Assembly: GCA_963674825.1 (NCBI GenBank)
Contig: OY771587.1
Coordinates: 3,168,001-3,232,000 of the forward strand
Direction: 5' to 3'
Length of the DNA stretch: 64,000 nt
Origin: Candidatus Cloacimonadales bacterium
GTDB lineage: Bacteria; Cloacimonadota; Cloacimonadia; Cloacimonadales; JAIOQZ01
Made by a program: the position numbers and the translations under genes
Notes under the pieces: generated by a model
Databases searched by the model: none
What the model was told of the DNA's origin: nothing
What the model saw: only the letters and a program-made list of their open reading frames with translations
Part shown: positions 27,568 to 36,512 of the stretch, piece after piece
Numbering within the stretch: position 1 is the stretch's first letter
Layout of the letters: every line of letters begins with the position of its first letter

Positions 27568-30438
27568 CTATTTCAGAAGCAGCGCTTTGCTGCGGTAGTT
27601 TTTGCCGTCGATTTTCAGGTTCATCAAGTAAACGCCGCTGGCGACGTTCTTCCGGGTCTTGTCAGTACCGTCCCACTTGATGTGGTGGTCACCGGCAGAA
27701 AGAACTTCGTTGCAGAAGGTCTTAACCAGCTGACCTTTGGTGTTGTATATCTTGAGCTCGACTTTCTGGTCTTGTGCAAGGTTGAATTGCACTGTCGTCT
27801 CAGGATTGAACGGATTCGGATAGGTGATCAGATTCGGATTCCACGAGCTGATCTCTTCGCCACCATCATTGTCGAGGGTATTATACTGGTAAAGTTGGCC
27901 GTAAACGTTGTTGTAGCTATAAACATCCCGGTAATCGTTCCATGTGATGAGATATTTGTTATCAGCAGCCGGTATCATGCTTATATGTTGGCGGTAGCCA
28001 TCGCAATCGCATACAGTTTCAGCTTCATCCCAGGTATTGCCGTTCCAATCGACATGGTTGATCAGTATTTCATTGCCATTATTTGCTTCAGGCCAGTCCG
28101 TATAGGTTATCATGATACCATCGGGTGTACGGGCTATATCCCATGGTGAATCGACAGATGAGCTGATGAGGACCGAGTCATCCCACTGTGGTTCCGCATC
28201 GAGATTGAACTTACCTGCATAAAGGCCGTTGCAGTCCCAGACGAGATATAGCATGCCATCGACCACATCGCCATAGAAATAGTCAACTTGAGTAGTAGGA
28301 ACGAGCGTCTGAGCCTGGTTCCACTTCAAAGTAGCTTCATTGGTAACGATGTTCATCTTGATCGCGAACGGGCTTACTGCATCTCCAAGCCATGCGATGA
28401 GAAGGCCTTCTTCGGTTTCTTCGGCAACGACGCCGTAGAGATAATACGGATCTGCGACAAGAACGCCATCCTGATCCCAACCGTAAGCAGGGTCTCCATC
28501 TTCACCGATTTTCAGAACACGGATATTGTTCGCATCTTCCACGATCAGATAATCATGGTAAAGCCTGACGTATGATATATCAGCGCTCGGATAGAATGTT
28601 GCGGGAATATCCCACGCGAGCTGACCGTTTACGACTTTCTGTCCCTTGACGTAGTAATTGCCATTACCGACAGCTTCTTCCCAGCAAAGGATAAGTTCGT
28701 CGTTATACATTTCGGTGGTCAGATAATACGGCAAGCTATAGGAGCTATCGAACTGCCGAACAAACAGGTCATTAGCCCAGATTCTATTGCCCTGGCTGTC
28801 GAATTGATTCACGTAAAGGTTCTTGAATTCGTCGTAAGCCGTAATCCACACTATGAGATAATCATCACCGTATTTTTCCACTGTGACAATTCTGTTTTGA
28901 TGTACTTCACTTTCGGCGAATTTCAAGCCAGGCGTATCTATCAACAAATTTCCGTCAAGCTGCAGATTTTGCAAGTAGCACCCAAGATCGTAGTAGTTAT
29001 CCCATGCGAAGAAAAATTCATCCACGGGTTCCTGCTCCGAATCAGCGAAGTGGAGATTGGATAACGAAAGATCGTATCCTTCTTCAACGAAACGATCATC
29101 TCCAGTGAAGGTCGGTGTTCCATTACCATCATAGATTTGCTTGTAGATTGATACACTTCCGGTGGAAGCATCCGCCCAGTAAAGTGTAGCACCGTCATCA
29201 CCAACATCCATTACCAGATCGACATAGGTGAGATAATAATCGTCCTGTCCCGATTCTACAGCGCTCCAAACAAGCTGGCCGTCCGTCGTGAGCTTAAGGA
29301 TATGAAGCTGGCCTGTGTAATCGAGAGATGACTGATAGAGATTACCGGCCTGATCCACACCCGATTTGATTTGTTGCGGATATACATCCAGATCATCGTC
29401 CTGGTAGTTGTTTGTCCAGACAACCTCGTTATTCGGTGAAACTTTGATGTTGTGGACGACGATGTCGTCAGATGATCCACTCCAGCTGACAAATACGTTA
29501 TTGTCAGCGTCGTGGGTTATGTTGATTGTGAAACTATAGGGAACGCCGTTTGCCAGTATGGTCGGATTTTCGGTCAGCAGTTCACCGTCCATATTGAGGT
29601 GGTAAAAATAGAGCGATTGTCCTCCGCTATTGTTGTCATCGGCGGCCACTATAACGATCTCGTCATTGTTGCAAAGATGGATGCAGGGTTCTTCATCTGC
29701 GTCCAGCATAACGTATCCGTCATCGCCCCAAGGGGTCGAGCCGTCTGGCAGGATGCGTGAAACGATGGTGTTGCGAGATGAATCCACGTAGATGTTTCCC
29801 ACTGCAATGAAGCCACCGTGTCCGTCTTCGGACAGCGTCTGGTCGCTAATGAGAGATGCATATCCATCGTATACTTCCTGAATTGCGGGATCCCAGGCTG
29901 GAGTACCGTCACCGTTGTACCGTGTGGCATACCATGATCCACTGGTGTCCCAGTTCACATAAACGCCGCCTTCATTGTCGGGAATCAGCTTGATGTTATC
30001 ATACTCGTAGGACACGTCCGTGAGTTCGATGGGGGCATCCCAAAGATGAGTGCCATCCCAGTTGAATTTCGAGAAGCGAATATAGATCGGATAATCTGAC
30101 AGCCCTTCGACCCAGGATATATAAAGCAATCCGTCAGACGAAGTCGAAATTCTGGGATCGATCATTGTGTAATCGCGGTTGAGAAGCAGGCATGGAGCAT
30201 CCCAGGAGTTTTCTCCATCTGCATTTAACAGCATACCGTAGAGGTCATGATTGTCGCCTTTGTTCTCTGTCCAGACAATCATGGTATTACCATTGGAGTC
30301 TTGAGCGCTTCCGCCGTTCCATCTGATGTAATTGCTTTCAATCAGGGGTACTCCATTTGTTTGCCAGAGCGAGGTCGTTTCAGCAGTTAGATAAATGACA
30401 ATAATCAACATTAAACTCATGAGTACGAAGCGTCTCAT
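27568..30438 (-). CDS. P3: paralog of P1; lead gene of the minus-strand triplet
   Basis: ATG 30438 behind AGGAGG gives signal peptide MRRFVLMSLMLIIVIYLTA; 16 repeats countable by eye; YPNPFNPET...RSKALLLK. Confidence 0.88.
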   Translation of the reverse strand: MRRFVLMSLMLIIVIYLTAETTSLWQTNGVPLIESNYIRWNGGSAQDSNGNTMIVWTENKGDNHDLYGMLLNADGENSWDAPCLLLNRDYTMIDPRISTSSDGLLYISWVEGLSDYPIYIRFSKFNWDGTHLWDAPIELTDVSYEYDNIKLIPDNEGGVYVNWDTSGSWYATRYNGDGTPAWDPAIQEVYDGYASLISDQTLSEDGHGGFIAVGNIYVDSSRNTIVSRILPDGSTPWGDDGYVMLDADEEPCIHLCNNDEIVIVAADDNNSGGQSLYFYHLNMDGELLTENPTILANGVPYSFTINITHDADNNVFVSWSGSSDDIVVHNIKVSPNNEVVWTNNYQDDDLDVYPQQIKSGVDQAGNLYQSSLDYTGQLHILKLTTDGQLVWSAVESGQDDYYLTYVDLVMDVGDDGATLYWADASTGSVSIYKQIYDGNGTPTFTGDDRFVEEGYDLSLSNLHFADSEQEPVDEFFFAWDNYYDLGCYLQNLQLDGNLLIDTPGLKFAESEVHQNRIVTVEKYGDDYLIVWITAYDEFKNLYVNQFDSQGNRIWANDLFVRQFDSSYSLPYYLTTEMYNDELILCWEEAVGNGNYYVKGQKVVNGQLAWDIPATFYPSADISYVRLYHDYLIVEDANNIRVLKIGEDGDPAYGWDQDGVLVADPYYLYGVVAEETEEGLLIAWLGDAVSPFAIKMNIVTNEATLKWNQAQTLVPTTQVDYFYGDVVDGMLYLVWDCNGLYAGKFNLDAEPQWDDSVLISSSVDSPWDIARTPDGIMITYTDWPEANNGNEILINHVDWNGNTWDEAETVCDCDGYRQHISMIPAADNKYLITWNDYRDVYSYNNVYGQLYQYNTLDNDGGEEISSWNPNLITYPNPFNPETTVQFNLAQDQKVELKIYNTKGQLVKTFCNEVLSAGDHHIKWDGTDKTRKNVASGVYLMNLKIDGKNYRSKALLLK

Positions 30439-30498
30439 TACTACCTCCTGTTTCTTGATGTAATCGTTGATAGGATAATTCCATAATTTCATCAATAA

Positions 30499-30515
30499 TG
30501 CAATTTCTATTCCTT
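30499..30515 (-). promoter_or_regulatory. Sigma54-type -24/-12 promoter candidate for P3
   Basis: Minus strand AAGGAATAGAAATTGCA, GG-N10-GC, 60 nt before the P3 start. Confidence 0.55.
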
Positions 30516-30680
30516 AACCTTACGAGATAAGCGCATTTTTAAAATTGTCTGGAAATTGCGGTATAACAGGACAAAACGGCAAAGATCGAATGCGATGGAC
30601 GATATAAAAAATTTGTTGAATATTATTCAGGCGAGAAAAATGCACACGTTGTTAACAAGAAATGATGGCTGTTTACAGGT

Positions 30681-31655
30681 TTAAGCTTTCGGTGGAACGT
30701 ATACTACCACCTGATTCATGCCCTGTGTTTTCCCCTGAACGAGTGCTTTTTCTGCTTCCGCGATACTGATGTCGGTTCCTTTTTCCGGGTCAAATCCCGA
30801 GATACCGAAGGTGAGGGTAACCGATAGATTTCCTTCCCGGTAATCATAGGAGTTCGATTCGATACGGCTGCGGATTTTCTCGGCGACAACGGTTGCGCCC
30901 CGTGGATTAGTCTGTGGGAGCAGCATCAGGAAACGTTCGCCACCCCAGCGGCTTACGATATCCTGCTTGCGAATGGAATCGCGGATCATCTCGGCGATTG
31001 CCTTGAGGACATATTCTGCTGTGGGCATCCCGTGTTCGGTTCGAATATCGTCGAAGTCGTCGATTTCGCAAACGATAAAGGTGAAATCGATTCGATTTCG
31101 CTCGTAACGGATTTCTTCATACTTGATCCGTTCGATCATGGAATTCTTGGTGGGCAAGCCGGTTATTGCATCATGAGGTGCGATTGCCTCAAGCTTGGCA
31201 ATCGTTTCATTCAGTTTACGGTTAGCCTTTTCAATCTCCTTCTGGTGACCTTGATGCTGTTTGTTTCTCCGCATTAGAATCACGACCAGGGTGACAATCA
31301 AGAGAATGAAGAATGAAATACCAGCAACGATTGCAATCCGGACTTTCATGTATTTCATCTGATTTTCTTCGTTCAGCCGTTCATTTTTTATCCGGTAAAG
31401 CTTGAATGTGTCATCAATAGCTTCGATAGCTTTCTGGCGTGCACCAAGCTGGTTATAACGATCAAAGAGCGCTCGAAGGACCATGATCTCAGCTTCGATA
31501 TCTTTGTCTTTCTGTGCTATCTCACGCGCAATTATAAGCTGCTCTACAGCGGTTGAATCGGGCATGGATTTTGTTTGATCGATAAGCTCGGCAATCGAAG
31601 TTGCCTGAAGGAAGCCCACTACCAAGAGCAGCGCTATAATCAGTTTAATTTTCAT
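30681..31655 (-). CDS. Membrane-anchored GGDEF-domain protein with a degenerate active site
   Basis: ATG 31655 behind GGAG; signal peptide, short helical domain, TM, coiled coil, HDAITGLP, RKQDIVSRWGGERF. Confidence 0.85.
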   Translation of the reverse strand: MKIKLIIALLLVVGFLQATSIAELIDQTKSMPDSTAVEQLIIAREIAQKDKDIEAEIMVLRALFDRYNQLGARQKAIEAIDDTFKLYRIKNERLNEENQMKYMKVRIAIVAGISFFILLIVTLVVILMRRNKQHQGHQKEIEKANRKLNETIAKLEAIAPHDAITGLPTKNSMIERIKYEEIRYERNRIDFTFIVCEIDDFDDIRTEHGMPTAEYVLKAIAEMIRDSIRKQDIVSRWGGERFLMLLPQTNPRGATVVAEKIRSRIESNSYDYREGNLSVTLTFGISGFDPEKGTDISIAEAEKALVQGKTQGMNQVVVYVPPKA

Positions 31656-31924
31656 TCTGACTCCGTAAACATTGAGTGATTTCAATAAATGTGAACAGGT
31701 CGGATTATGGCAAATGATTTCTTGATCCTCACCACCAAGAGGTTCTTCAGCACCAGGCGACAGAACAAATATTGCCTCACATACACGGATCAGAATCTCG
31801 GGATCAGATGCGCTGAGAGTAACAATATTCATGGTATTACGGTACCGGGTTTCTCGGGAAAAATCGTCAGTTTGGCTGAAGTTCATTGACAGCATGAAAA
31901 AACATGGATTTTTGGGATTTAAGT

Positions 31925-32551
31925 ATGAAACCAGAATTTAGCAATGATATCGAAGAGAAATTGATGCAGTTCCTGCTGAAGACAGGTGAAGAACCACTTC
32001 GGCTGAACGAGGTGTTTGGCAACGATCATCCAATTCATGTGGAGATCGGGAGCGGACGCGGTGAATTCATCGCCGAGATGGCGCGAATGCTGCCCAATGT
32101 GAACTTCCTTGGCTTCGAACTGAAGTGGAAGCGCTTCCCTCCGATCTTGAAGCGGCTGGACGAGACGATTCACACGAATGTGCGTCTGGCGGCGGAGTAC
32201 GTCGATAAAACCATTGGCGAGAAGATCGAACCCGGATCGGTGGATAAGGTGTATATAATTCATCCAGACCCATGGCCCAAACGCCGGCATCATAAACATC
32301 GTATAATCCAGCAGGCGTTCCTGGACGCTCTCTATACCCTCCTGAAACCAGGAGGGGAGGTCTATATCAGCACGGATCACCGTGATTACGCCCAGTGGAT
32401 CAAGAATGAATTCGCTAAACGTGAAGATTTTACTGTCGTCGAGGATTTCGATAAACCGCCTGTAGTGACGCATTTTGAAGACATGAAGCGTCGCGAGGGC
32501 TTCGAGCCGATCCCGATGACCTACCGGAAGAGGGAGGTACCCCATGATTGA
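31925..32551 (+). CDS. trmB: tRNA (guanine-N7)-methyltransferase
   Basis: VEIGSGRGEF, NFLGFE, PDPWPKRRHHKHR, STD...YA, THFE. Confidence 0.93.
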   Translation: MKPEFSNDIEEKLMQFLLKTGEEPLRLNEVFGNDHPIHVEIGSGRGEFIAEMARMLPNVNFLGFELKWKRFPPILKRLDETIHTNVRLAAEYVDKTIGEKIEPGSVDKVYIIHPDPWPKRRHHKHRIIQQAFLDALYTLLKPGGEVYISTDHRDYAQWIKNEFAKREDFTVVEDFDKPPVVTHFEDMKRREGFEPIPMTYRKREVPHD

Positions 32552-33704
32552 CCGGAAACAACTGAGCGAAATATACAAAGATATTGCTGATCATATCGAT
32601 AAAGATTTGGTTCCCTGGGCCACAAAGAATGCCGATGCGTGGCGTCTTAAGGATGAAAATAAACAGCACCTCCGTTCCGCGTTTGCAATGGATCGTGACC
32701 GTATCCTGTATAGTGGTGCGTATCGAAGATATCAGGGAAAGACGCAGGTTTTCTCCTTCACCAATCTTATTGACGAGGAGATGACCAATCGCTCCATCCA
32801 CACGACGTACGTGTCGCAGATATCTCGTACTATTGGCAAGGTTTTACGTCTCAATCTGGAGCTCATCGAAGCGATCGCTTTGGGACACGACCTCGGACAT
32901 ACGCCGTTCGGTCACGATGGCGAAGTCGCACTGAGCAAGTGCTGCCGTAAGTATGGTATTGGCATGTTTCATCACAATATCGAGAGTCTGCACATCGTCG
33001 ATAACATCTCCCGTAAGGGCGCTGGCCTGAACCTGACATTCCAGGTTCGCGACGGCATTATATCCCATGATGGCGAGGTGCATAATACAAAACTGGTGCC
33101 GCAAAAGGACAAAACCGAAGCGGATATTCAGGATTATATCCAGAAGAAGAAAAATGGCCAGGGCGTCCAGTGGATGCCTGCGACAATGGAAGGCTGCGTG
33201 GTTCGGGTTGTCGATACTATCGCGTATATCGGGCAGGATATCGAAGACGCGATCCGGTACAACATCCTCTCTCGCGACCAGCTTCCACAGGAATGCGTTG
33301 CAGTGTTGGGCAGTCGCAACAGCCATATCATCGACAGGCTGGTGAAAAGCGTCGTTGCCGAGAGCCATGGAAAGGACTTCATCGCCTTTGACGAGGAGAC
33401 ATCCCACTACCTCAAGGTGCTCAAGGAATTCAACTACAAATACATCTATACAGCCGAGAATGTGAAAACAGCAAACAAAGCAATCCATCGCAGCATGGAG
33501 CTGCTCTTCGATATCTACATGGAAGATATCGAGACGAATCGAAAGGATTCGCGCATTTTCACGCACTTCCTAGACCACAAGCTTCCCCAGTATCTGGATA
33601 CATTCCAACCGGCGGAATGGGTGCGTGACTTCCTCGCCACCATGACCGACCGCTACTTCAACGAGCAGGTTAAAGAACGCCTGCTGCCAGGAAGATACTT
33701 ATAA
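32544..33704 (+). CDS. HD-domain dGTP triphosphohydrolase-like protein
   Basis: RSAFAMDRDRILYS.AYRRYQGKTQVF, AIALGHDLGHTPFGHDGE, DTIAY..QDIEDA, DFLATMTDRY. Confidence 0.9.
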   Translation: MIDRKQLSEIYKDIADHIDKDLVPWATKNADAWRLKDENKQHLRSAFAMDRDRILYSGAYRRYQGKTQVFSFTNLIDEEMTNRSIHTTYVSQISRTIGKVLRLNLELIEAIALGHDLGHTPFGHDGEVALSKCCRKYGIGMFHHNIESLHIVDNISRKGAGLNLTFQVRDGIISHDGEVHNTKLVPQKDKTEADIQDYIQKKKNGQGVQWMPATMEGCVVRVVDTIAYIGQDIEDAIRYNILSRDQLPQECVAVLGSRNSHIIDRLVKSVVAESHGKDFIAFDEETSHYLKVLKEFNYKYIYTAENVKTANKAIHRSMELLFDIYMEDIETNRKDSRIFTHFLDHKLPQYLDTFQPAEWVRDFLATMTDRYFNEQVKERLLPGRYL

Positions 33705-33716
33705 TCAGGAGATAGA

Positions 33717-34839
33717 ATGGAACTCAACGAACTTCAAAGACTCGCCGATCAGGCATTGGATAAAATCGACGAAATCAGGGGGTATCTTTGACCTGGATTC
33801 CATCCGGTCACAGCTCGAAACCTTAGAGAAAAAATCGCAGGAACCCGGCTTCTGGAACGACCAGAACGAAGCGCAGAAGATTACACGTAAAATGAGTGGT
33901 CTGCGCACGCATATCGATAACGACGACAAGCTCCAGGAGATGTCCGACGAGATTCGTACATATATTGAACTGCTTGCAGATGAGGATAATGAACCCCTGT
34001 TCAAGGAAGCGATGGCCGAGATTGAAGACTATATGCAACAACTTGACGGAATCGAGGTGAAATTCCTGCTCAACGGCAAGCACGATAACGACGATGCCAT
34101 CCTCACTATCCACCCCGGTGCCGGCGGTACCGAGTCACAGGACTGGGCAGAAATGCTGTTGCGTATGTACAAGCGCTGGGCGGATCGTGAAGGCTTCAGC
34201 ACGACAGAGTTCGATCTTCAGCCCGGTGACGAAGCCGGAATTAAAAGCGCTACGCTTGAGATAAGCGGCGAATTTGTCTTCGGCCTTCTGAAAGCAGAGA
34301 TCGGTATCCACCGTCTGGTGCGTATCTCACCGTTTAACGCACAGGGGAAACGCCAGACCTCGTTTGCGTCGGTGTTTGTTTATCCGCTTATCGAAGCGGA
34401 TGACAGCATCGAGATCAATCCCAAGGATTTGAAAATCGATACTTATCGAGCCAGCGGAGCGGGTGGACAGCATGTCAATACCACAGATTCAGCCGTGCGT
34501 ATTACACATATTCCAACCGGCATCATCGTACAGTGTCAGAACGAGCGGTCTCAGATCAAGAACCGCGCTACGGCTATGAAGATGCTCAATTCACGTCTGA
34601 TCCAGCAACAGGAAGAGGAAAAGGAAAAAGAGAAACAGAAGCTGGAAAACGAGAAGACTGAAATTGGCTGGGGAAACCAGATCCGATCCTACGTTTTCCA
34701 TCCCTACCAGATGGTAAAGGACCACCGCACGAGTCACGAGAGCGGGAACACAAGCAACGTAATGGATGGTGATCTGAATGGTTTTATCTATGCGTGGCTG
34801 AAAGACAGTGCACGTAAGAAAGCGAAAAGGGCTAACTAA
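33717..34839 (+). CDS. prfB: Peptide chain release factor 2, translated via a programmed +1 frameshift (373 aa)
   Basis: ATG 33717 behind AGGAG; 24 codons to CTT TGA C; the +1 frame from 33790 joins the ORF carrying the SPF and GGQ motifs. Confidence 0.97.
33777..33792 (+). promoter_or_regulatory. prfB +1 frameshift cassette
   Basis: AGGGGG TAT CTT TGA C, the canonical internal SD, slippery codon and weak stop. Confidence 0.97.
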
Positions 34840-34841
34840 TT

Positions 34842-35573
34842 ATGACCGAATTCGAAACTCTGAAACAGCAGCTCGACCCAGAGAAGATGCCTTTGCATGT
34901 TGGCATCATCATGGACGGCAACGGACGATGGGCAAAGAAGCACCTGGTACAGCGTCTTTCAGGGCATCTCAAAGGCCGGGAAGTGGTGCGCGATATTGTC
35001 ATTGCCTCCGATGAAATCGGCCTCAAGTGTCTCACCATTTATGCCTTTTCTACCGAGAACTGGCGTCGATCAGCACTTGAAGTGAAAGGCCTCCTGAAGC
35101 TCAACATGGAGTCGATCAAGTCAAACATTGATGAACTTCACGATAACAACATCCAGGTTCGCTATCTCGGTAGCAAGACCCGGCTCGATCCCGAGTATCA
35201 GCAGAAGATGAATGATGTCTGCAAAAAAACCTGGAACAATACCGGCCTCATGTTCAACATCGCGTTTAACTACGGAGGAAGGCAGGAAATTGTTGAAGCG
35301 GTTAACGAGATTGTTGAAAACAACCGCGGCGAAATACCTACCATTACAGAAGAGATGATCAGCGATCACCTCTATTCGCGAGGATTGCCCGATCCCGACT
35401 TGATCATTCGCACAAGCGGTGAACTTCGTCTATCGAACTTCCTTCTCTGGCAAAGCGCATATTCGGAACTGTTTTTTACAAACACACTGTGGCCCGATTT
35501 CAACCGGGTAGAATTCGCAAAAGCCCTTCTCGATTTCCAAAAACGCAACCGAAAATTTGGAGCCGTGAAATAA
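34842..35573 (+). CDS. uppS: Undecaprenyl diphosphate synthase
   Basis: HVGIIMDGNGRWA, YAFSTENWRR, NYGGRQEI, RTSGELRLSNFLLWQSAYSEL. Confidence 0.95.
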   Translation: MTEFETLKQQLDPEKMPLHVGIIMDGNGRWAKKHLVQRLSGHLKGREVVRDIVIASDEIGLKCLTIYAFSTENWRRSALEVKGLLKLNMESIKSNIDELHDNNIQVRYLGSKTRLDPEYQQKMNDVCKKTWNNTGLMFNIAFNYGGRQEIVEAVNEIVENNRGEIPTITEEMISDHLYSRGLPDPDLIIRTSGELRLSNFLLWQSAYSELFFTNTLWPDFNRVEFAKALLDFQKRNRKFGAVK

Positions 35574-36379
35574 TGGAACTCTTCTGGCGCCTTCTTCTCG
35601 CCTTTATCTTCATGCCGATGATTCTCTTGATTTATTACTACGGTGGCATCCCGATGATCGTCGCACTTTCGCTTCTGAATCTGACTGCGACCTACGAGCT
35701 TCGGAAGATTTTTATCGCAAAAGGTGTGCAAATCTCGCCCGTTATCATTCCCTTCAATTTCCTGGTGTTTCTATCAGGGGCTTGGGGTGGAACGCCCACC
35801 ATTGTAGCTTCCATGATGATTGTCTATTTCATCTTCACCGGAAACGACCTCCTCAAGAACAGGCTGGATGGCGCTTTACAACGTATCTCAGCGCGCTTCT
35901 TCATCATGGTCTACGCCGGGCTTTTCGTGTCCGCGTTCTACAGTCTTCGCTTGATGCCGCATGGGAAGTTTATCGTTGTGTTACTACTTGTAGCAACCTG
36001 GGTTACCGATTCATCCGCATATTTTGCCGGAAGATGGTTCGGGAAGCACCGCGAGATTTTCCTTGCGAGTCCGAAGAAATCGCTCGAAGGATTCTTGACA
36101 GCGATCGTGTTTGCTTTTGCCGCACCGATCGGAGCGAAGCTGCTTTTCCCAACATGGGTATCCTGGATCGAAGCAATCCTGATTGGATTCGCGACCGGTG
36201 TTTTCGGTCAGTTCGGCGATCTTGTCGAATCGCTCATCAAGCGAGATGCCGGCGTCAAAGACAGCTCTCATCTAATTCCGGGTCACGGCGGTATCCTGGA
36301 TCGCTTCGACAGCTTACTCGCCTCAGCGCCGGTACTGTATGTAATAATTCGATTGTTGTACCTTTTCAAAATACAATAA
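35573..36379 (+). CDS. cdsA: Phosphatidate cytidylyltransferase
   Basis: TAATG coupling to uppS; SPKKSLEG, GDLVESLIKRDAGVKDSS.LIPGHGGILDRFDS. Confidence 0.95.
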   Translation: MELFWRLLLAFIFMPMILLIYYYGGIPMIVALSLLNLTATYELRKIFIAKGVQISPVIIPFNFLVFLSGAWGGTPTIVASMMIVYFIFTGNDLLKNRLDGALQRISARFFIMVYAGLFVSAFYSLRLMPHGKFIVVLLLVATWVTDSSAYFAGRWFGKHREIFLASPKKSLEGFLTAIVFAFAAPIGAKLLFPTWVSWIEAILIGFATGVFGQFGDLVESLIKRDAGVKDSSHLIPGHGGILDRFDSLLASAPVLYVIIRLLYLFKIQ

Positions 36380-36441
36380 CCGTGTAAACGTTATCGAAAT
36401 TAATCTCTCTTTCGCAAATTAATCATCCTATCGCAGCGTCG

Positions 36442-36458
36442 CAGGAACAAATATTGCA
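36442..36458 (+). promoter_or_regulatory. Sigma54-type -24/-12 promoter candidate for P4
   Basis: CAGGAACAAATATTGCA, GG-N10-GC, 54 nt before the P4 start. Confidence 0.55.
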
Positions 36459-36512
36459 CGTCTATTAATACTTGATGTATTAAACCTTTCCAACATCCAC
36501 ATGGAGGTAACG

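Noticed and set aside
31760..31776. AGAACA-aata-TTGCC, sharing 13 bp with the P4 promoter motif
   Set aside because: Lacks the invariant GG and lies about 150 nt from trmB; probably chance.
31656..31924. Riboswitch or ncRNA, or an 80-aa N-terminal extension of the GGDEF gene
   Set aside because: I could not match c-di-GMP, c-di-AMP or 6S consensus by eye, and the RBS plus signal peptide favour ATG 31655. An Rfam scan would settle it.
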